This document shows, piece after piece, positions 36,858 through 41,076 of a stretch of DNA of 41,076 nucleotides. This stretch comes from Actinomycetes bacterium (GTDB lineage: Bacteria; Actinomycetota; Actinomycetes; S36-B12; UBA5976), in assembly GCA_046086025.1 (NCBI GenBank), contig JBJSWT010000013.1, positions 1-41,076 of the forward strand, given 5' to 3'. Position numbers and translations under genes: made by a program. The notes beneath the pieces are model-generated. The model made no database searches. It had not been told where the DNA came from and was given only the letters and a program-made list of their open reading frames with translations. Each line of letters begins with the position of its first letter. Position 1 is the stretch's first letter.

Positions 36858-37970
36858 TTATTCTGGATTTACTACTATTTCTATTCTTTGTAATTCTTTC
36901 AAGTCGCTATAACCTGTGGTAGCCATCGCTTTCTTTAATGCCCCAACAAGATTTAAATTTCCTTGGGCATTAGTAGATGGCCCAAACAAAATCTGTTCAA
37001 GTGTTCCAACTGTGCCAAGTTCTACAACTTGACCACGAGGTAAATCTTTATGTACAGCTTCTACTCCCCAATGTTTACCAAGTCCTGGAGCTGAAGTTGA
37101 TCTAGCAAGAGCTGAACCAATCATTACTGCATCTGCACCCATTGCAATTGCTTTACTAATGTCGCCACTTTTTCCAATTGAGCCATCTGCAATTACGTGA
37201 ACGTATCTGCCACCTGATTCATCTAAATATTCTCTTCTGGCAGCAGCTACATCTGCTACTGCAGTTGCCATGGGCACTTTTACACCCAACACATCAGAAG
37301 TTGTATGAGTTGCTCCTCCACCAAATCCAACTAAAACTCCTGCAGCACCTGTTCTCATTAAATGAAGTGCTGCTTGATGAGAAGCACATCCTCCAACAAT
37401 TACTGGCACATCTAATTCATAAATAAAATTCTTTAAATTAATTGGTTCTTCATTTTTAGAAACATGTTCAGCACTTACTGTTGTTCCTCTAATAACAAAA
37501 ATATCAATTCCTGCTTCCATTACTGATTTGAAATATTTTGTAACAGATCTAGGTGAAAGAGCTGCAGCAGCAATTACACCTGCAGATTTTATTTCTTTAA
37601 TTCTTTCTTTAATTAATTCTGGTTTTATTTCAGCACTATATATTTGTTGCAAAACTTGCACACCTGATTCAGGTTTTGCATCAATTATTTTTTTAAATTC
37701 TTTCCTTGGATCTTCATAGCGAGTCCATAGTCCTTCAAGATTTAAAACTGCTAATCCGCCCAATTTGCCATAACTAATTGCAACTTCAGGAGAAACCACA
37801 GAATCCATGGGAGCTGCCATAATTGGAAATTCAAATTCGTATGCATCAATTTTCCATGAGGTCAAAACTTCCTCAGGATTTCTAGTTCTTCTAGTTGGAA
37901 CTAAAGCGATATCGTCAAATGAGTAGGCGATTCTGCCTCGTTTGGTTCCACCAATTTCTACTTCGGCCAC
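36858..37970 (-). CDS. guaB3: IMP dehydrogenase-related protein lacking the CBS subdomain (GuaB3 type)
   Basis: 370 aa with IALVPTRRTR, a TIM-barrel and GGCASHQAA, and IADGSIGKSGDISKAIAMGADAVMIG. Length and N-terminus match Rv3410c. GTG start. Confidence 0.88.
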   Translation of the reverse strand: MAEVEIGGTKRGRIAYSFDDIALVPTRRTRNPEEVLTSWKIDAYEFEFPIMAAPMDSVVSPEVAISYGKLGGLAVLNLEGLWTRYEDPRKEFKKIIDAKPESGVQVLQQIYSAEIKPELIKERIKEIKSAGVIAAAALSPRSVTKYFKSVMEAGIDIFVIRGTTVSAEHVSKNEEPINLKNFIYELDVPVIVGGCASHQAALHLMRTGAAGVLVGFGGGATHTTSDVLGVKVPMATAVADVAAARREYLDESGGRYVHVIADGSIGKSGDISKAIAMGADAVMIGSALARSTSAPGLGKHWGVEAVHKDLPRGQVVELGTVGTLEQILFGPSTNAQGNLNLVGALKKAMATTGYSDLKELQRIEIVVNPE

Positions 37971-38035
37971 AAAAAAGAAGCCTATCTTGAGTTAGAAGTT
38001 TTGGCTGTTTAGGACTAAAAATACAAAAGCTTTAG

Positions 38036-38569
38036 TCAGGATATATAGCCTTGCCGCAAGGCCTTAGCCACAGAATGAGCCCTATTTTCAGTCTGAAGTT
38101 TGAGCCTGATTCTTCGAAGATGGGTCTTAATTGTGGCATCTTGAATCTTTAAATTTTTAGCTATTTTTCTATTATTTAAGCCATGACTAATTAGAAATAG
38201 TATTTCTTTTTCTCTTCTGCTTAAAAGTTTAACTTTAGGTTTACTTATTAATATTTTAGTTATTAAATTCTTGTATTCTTCAACATTTGCTTCAATAAAA
38301 AGTGTTGAATATTTTGACTTCAAAGTCTCATTTCTTGTAGTTAAAAGTGTTACATTTTTGTTTATTAGTAACTTTTTTTGAATTTCTGTAAGTAAATTAA
38401 ATAATTGTTTATTTATTAAAATTAAATCAATACTTGAGTTCTTTAGGTAGTTTAAAGCCTGTCTAATATTTTTTAATAACACAATTGTTGAATTTATTTT
38501 TGTTAGTTGAATTTTTCTGTGGATAATCTTTCTTCTGGATAAGTTTTCTTCAATTATCAATATGTTCAT
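38036..38569 (-). CDS. Atypical NarL/FixJ (LuxR-type) response regulator with a phospho-blind receiver domain
   Basis: C-terminal GerE-type HTH (LSRREKEILFLISHGLNNRKIAKNLKIQDATIKTHLRRIRLKL). In the receiver-like N-terminus, the acidic pair is E7-E8 and the phospho-acceptor position is N53 (IDLILIN). The T78/T79 and K111-P112 positions are retained. The gene is very AT-rich. Confidence 0.8.
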   Translation of the reverse strand: MNILIIEENLSRRKIIHRKIQLTKINSTIVLLKNIRQALNYLKNSSIDLILINKQLFNLLTEIQKKLLINKNVTLLTTRNETLKSKYSTLFIEANVEEYKNLITKILISKPKVKLLSRREKEILFLISHGLNNRKIAKNLKIQDATIKTHLRRIRLKLQTENRAHSVAKALRQGYIS

Positions 38570-38605
38570 AAATCGTATGACGATTCATGAATTGTTTAAG
38601 TTTCT

Positions 38606-39610
38606 TTACAGTCCTACAGAATTTGTAATAGCAGTAATAGTGCTGGTTAAATCACTACTTCTTCTAAAATTACTTGGTAATTGCATAGGCCAACCTGGAC
38701 CTGCCACCAGCATTAATGGACTTGGCCTTAAGTTACTTAAAGTTTCTAATTCAGGATCTATATTTTTTACAGGTATTTGAGCCCATATTAAAACTGCTGC
38801 AGGGGCAAGTCTTTTTACTGAATTTATTAAAGATGAATATGGAACTCTTGCTCCTAAGACTTTAGAACTAATTCTTCTTTCAGCCAAAGCGGCCGCTGTG
38901 ACATATTGCGGGATAGTGTGTAATTCATCTGGTGCTGAGGCAGTTAAAACTGGACGAAGATTAACTGGAGCCACTAATTGATCTGCTCGAAGCCTCATTT
39001 GACCAATGATTGCTTCACTTAAAACATGTTCTGCTTCAATCCCATCACCTGTTTGTTCCCATTTAGCACCAATGGCAATTAAGACTTTGGAAATTAAATT
39101 TTCCCAAGTCCAAATAACACCTCGTGAATTAATACTTGCTGCAATTATTTGATTACATGCTTGATTGTCTAAAGAGTGGGCAGCTTTTGCTAAACCACGA
39201 GCAGCACTCGAGGCTCCTTCCATTGATAAAACTTGTCCCCCACCTGGATGGCCAAATTTTTCTGCATGATCAAGAGTTTTAACTAAATTTTCAATTTTGC
39301 TACTTAATGAGTTTGGATCAACTGGTGAAATGTTAGAAATATTTTCAACTGTGGTGTTCAAAGCAACTTTGGCAGCTTCTCCTGCTGGCATTCCTGATAA
39401 AACTAACTTTCGCATAATTTCTAATCGGGCAATATCTGTGATGCAGTAGCGGCGATGTCCGCCTTGGGACCTATCTGTGGGACAAAGGCCATAGCGGCGT
39501 TCCCAGGTTCTTAAGGTCGCTGGAGCCACCCCCACTCGCCTAGCCACCACAGCCACCGTAAGGCCTAGAGTGATGACGTTTTCTTCCTCAGGATTTAAAC
39601 CCATGAGCAT
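38606..39610 (-). CDS. MerR-family regulator with CarH/LitR-type cobalamin-binding module (helical bundle plus Rossmann-like B12 domain)
   Basis: MerR HTH LTVAVVARRVGVAPATLRTWERRYGL...GGHRRY. W207-x9-E217-H218 (AKWEQTGDGIEAEH) and E252-x-H254-x-x-P257 (PDELHTIP), numbered from the track ORF. The track start is TTG 39679. I prefer ATG 39610 (GGTGA 5 nt upstream, 15 residues before the HTH); ATG 39649 and ATG 39604 are also possible. Confidence 0.75.
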   Translation of the reverse strand: MLMGLNPEEENVITLGLTVAVVARRVGVAPATLRTWERRYGLCPTDRSQGGHRRYCITDIARLEIMRKLVLSGMPAGEAAKVALNTTVENISNISPVDPNSLSSKIENLVKTLDHAEKFGHPGGGQVLSMEGASSAARGLAKAAHSLDNQACNQIIAASINSRGVIWTWENLISKVLIAIGAKWEQTGDGIEAEHVLSEAIIGQMRLRADQLVAPVNLRPVLTASAPDELHTIPQYVTAAALAERRISSKVLGARVPYSSLINSVKRLAPAAVLIWAQIPVKNIDPELETLSNLRPSPLMLVAGPGWPMQLPSNFRRSSDLTSTITAITNSVGL

Positions 39611-39611
39611 A

Positions 39612-39630
39612 TTGTTCACCAAGTGAACAA
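39612..39630. promoter_or_regulatory. Perfect inverted repeat TTGTTCAC-CAA-GTGAACAA, candidate operator at the 5' end of the MerR/B12 regulator gene
   Basis: Read directly: 39612-39619 TTGTTCAC, 39620-39622 CAA, 39623-39630 GTGAACAA. It lies 2 nt upstream of ATG 39610. It falls inside the coding sequence only if the TTG 39679 or ATG 39649 start is used. Confidence 0.4.
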
Positions 39631-39671
39631 CTTTGGCCAATCGAGGCATAAGTGAGAGCGACTTCACAAAA

Positions 39672-39696
39672 TTAGTCAACCGGGGCGATTGACTAA
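39672..39696. promoter_or_regulatory. Perfect inverted repeat TTAGTCAA-N9-TTGACTAA, overlapping the candidate whiD -35 element
   Basis: Read directly: 39672-39679 TTAGTCAA, GC-rich spacer CCGGGGCGA, 39689-39696 TTGACTAA. It lies in the MerR/whiD divergent region. Confidence 0.4.
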
Positions 39697-39718
39697 GTTA
39701 TGAACAATTTTGTATATT
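39689..39718 (+). promoter_or_regulatory. Candidate housekeeping-sigma promoter for whiD
   Basis: -35 TTGACT (39689-39694), an 18-nt spacer, and -10 TATATT (39713-39718). This places the start site about 30 nt upstream of ATG 39756, with AAAGGA as the Shine-Dalgarno. Prediction by consensus match only. Confidence 0.35.
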
Positions 39719-39755
39719 TATTAGAAAGAAGCTCTAACAAAGGATTTATCTCAAT

Positions 39756-40055
39756 ATGGCCGACATAACCAGACTTCCTGGACCAAATGCCGATCTTTGG
39801 GATTGGCAATTAAAAGGTGCTTGCCGTGGAGAAGACCCAGAAATCTTCTTTCACCCAGAAGGTGAGCGTGGACCTGCTCGAGAGCAAAGAATTGCTCTAG
39901 CAAAATCAATCTGTGCAACTTGTCCTGTGCTGAAACAATGTGCAGCACATGCTTTGGAAGTTAGAGAACCATACGGTGTGTGGGGTGCGATGAGTGAAGA
40001 TGATCGCGAAGCAATCTATGCCCCAGTTAAAGAAGTAATGCCAGTAGCTGGCTAA
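39756..40055 (+). CDS. whiD: WhiB-family [4Fe-4S] transcription factor, orthologue of S. coelicolor WhiD / M. tuberculosis WhiB3
   Basis: MADITRLPGPNADLWDWQLKGACRG...FFHPEGERG...CATCPVLKQCAAHALEVREPYGVWG closely matches my memory of WhiD (MADFSRLPGPNADLWDWQ...FFHPEGERG...AHALAVREPYGVWGG). Confidence 0.92.
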   Translation: MADITRLPGPNADLWDWQLKGACRGEDPEIFFHPEGERGPAREQRIALAKSICATCPVLKQCAAHALEVREPYGVWGAMSEDDREAIYAPVKEVMPVAG

Positions 40056-40081
40056 CAAAGTCTTATCCCTAATAACCCTCC

Positions 40082-40119
40082 AAAAAAAATAAGGGCTCTT
40101 GAAAAAATCAAGAGCCCTT
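40082..40119 (-). terminator. Intrinsic terminator for the SDR gene, possibly weakly bidirectional for whiD
   Basis: Perfect 12-bp stem AAGGGCTCTTGA/TCAAGAGCCCTT (40091-40102 and 40108-40119) with a 5-nt loop. On the minus strand it is followed by ATTTTTTTT (40090-40082). On the plus strand it is followed by AAAAATTTATT, a weaker tail. Confidence 0.7.
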
Positions 40120-40132
40120 AAAAATTTATTAG

Positions 40133-41076
40133 TTATCTAGGAAATGCTGCAGCTACTCCACCATCAACTGCAATTACTGCACCTGTGGTTCGTGAAGAGT
40201 CATCAGATAATAAATAACTTGTGGTTAAGGCAACATCTTTAGAAGTGACATGAACTTTTAACATATTTCTAGATGCATAAAAATTTTCTAACTCTTCTGG
40301 TTTAACTCCATGAGCTTTAGCTCTTTGTTCTCTAATGCCACCTTCCCAAAGTTTTGAATTATCAAAAATTGCATCAGGATTAATTGCATTTGCTCTAATT
40401 TGAGCAGAACCACCTTCTAATGCTGCAATTCTCATTAGTTGCAACATGCCAGCTTTACTTACAGAATATCCACCAAAACCTGCACCTGGTGAAAATGCAT
40501 TCTTACTTGCAATATAAACAAGGGATCCACCAATTCCTTGTTTTCTTAAATTAATCATGGCATGTTTAGTTAATAAAAATGAAGAAGTTAAATTAACTGC
40601 TAAACCTTGATTCCACTTTTCTAAAGTTAAATCTTCTAAAGAATCTGAAACTCCAATACCAGCACTCATTACTACCCCATCAAATCCACCATAATTTTTA
40701 ATCGCAGACTGAATAGTTTCTAAAATTACATTTTCTTTTGTTTGATCTCCCACCACAAAATGTGGTTTTAAACCTTTAACATTTAAGATTTCTGCTTCTG
40801 TTTTCTTTAAACCTTCTTCAGTTAAATCAGCTAAAACTAAATTTGCCCCATTTTCAGCCAATTCCAGGGCAATTCCTCGCCCAATTCCAGAACCAGCTCC
40901 TGTCACAATAAATACAGAACCTGCAAATTTCTTAGGTTTTGGTTTCGAACTTAATTTGAATAATTCCATAGGCCAGTAATCAAAGCCAAATATTTCTCGA
41001 TCCCCAATTGTGTCTGCTTCTTTAAAGCAATCAATAACTTTTGCTGCCACGCTATGAGTATGAAATGCAATATCGG
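40133..41076 (-). CDS. Short-chain dehydrogenase domain of a probable bifunctional class II aldolase/SDR protein. The 5' end runs off the right edge of the window.
   Basis: TGAGSGIGRG cofactor motif and YSVSKAG catalytic motif. The track start 41050 is a GTG, but the frame stays open to the window end (..DIAFHTHS-VAAKV). The FDYWPMELFKL...PKPKKFAG linker resembles the junction of rhamnulose-1-phosphate aldolase/alcohol dehydrogenase fusions. Confidence 0.7.
   Translation of the reverse strand, partial: DIAFHTHSVAAKVIDCFKEADTIGDREIFGFDYWPMELFKLSSKPKPKKFAGSVFIVTGAGSGIGRGIALELAENGANLVLADLTEEGLKKTEAEILNVKGLKPHFVVGDQTKENVILETIQSAIKNYGGFDGVVMSAGIGVSDSLEDLTLEKWNQGLAVNLTSSFLLTKHAMINLRKQGIGGSLVYIASKNAFSPGAGFGGYSVSKAGMLQLMRIAALEGGSAQIRANAINPDAIFDNSKLWEGGIREQRAKAHGVKPEELENFYASRNMLKVHVTSKDVALTTSYLLSDDSSRTTGAVIAVDGGVAAAFPR

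Noticed and set aside
1-41076. Window-wide look for CRISPR arrays, tRNA/rRNA genes, transposases, integrases, phage or defence-system genes
   Set aside because: No non-coding stretch exceeds about 170 bp. No regularly spaced repeats were seen, no cloverleaf-compatible segment, and no ORF with transposase, integrase, nuclease or defence-type motifs. Every sizeable ORF has a housekeeping or envelope assignment.

Overview
This is a very densely coded segment (about 95% coding) of core chromosome from a low-GC, streamlined actinobacterium. The lineage call rests on WhiB and WhiD orthologues, two LytR-CpsA-Psr ligases, the AccD5-AccE5-Maf-AccA3 carboxylase cluster, an Sdh1-type succinate dehydrogenase, and gene order collinear with Mycobacterium and Streptomyces. 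An acI/Nanopelagicales-like freshwater lineage is an inference only. I support 41 protein-coding genes, including one at each window edge; the left-edge manB is absent from the supplied ORF track. I found no rRNA, tRNA, CRISPR array, transposase or prophage gene. Most of the window is ordinary housekeeping: GDP-mannose supply, acyl-CoA carboxylase, TCA enzymes sdhCAB, icd, mdh and sucCD, purH, trpS, pcrA and guaB3.

The parts worth a second look are:
- **Regulatory node at 38.0-40.1 kb.** A MerR-family regulator keeps the CarH/LitR cobalamin-photoreceptor signature (Wx9EH plus the E-x-H ligand motif). It sits head-to-head with whiD across an intergenic region holding two perfect 8-bp-arm palindromes. 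It is followed 36 nt downstream by a very AT-rich LuxR response regulator whose phospho-acceptor Asp is replaced by Asn.
- **AT-rich five-gene operon at 6.0-10.2 kb.** It encodes a glycosyltransferase, ABC exporter and CDP-alcohol transferase, is bracketed by two LCP ligases, and looks like a complete wall-glycopolymer module.
- **Smaller oddities.** These include an internally deleted PurK-like pseudoenzyme, a DUF606 transporter whose conserved first helix lies upstream of any canonical start codon, and convergent genes sharing palindromic TTAA or TAATTA stop modules with no room for terminators.

All functional calls come from reading motifs by eye and remembering synteny. No database search was possible.
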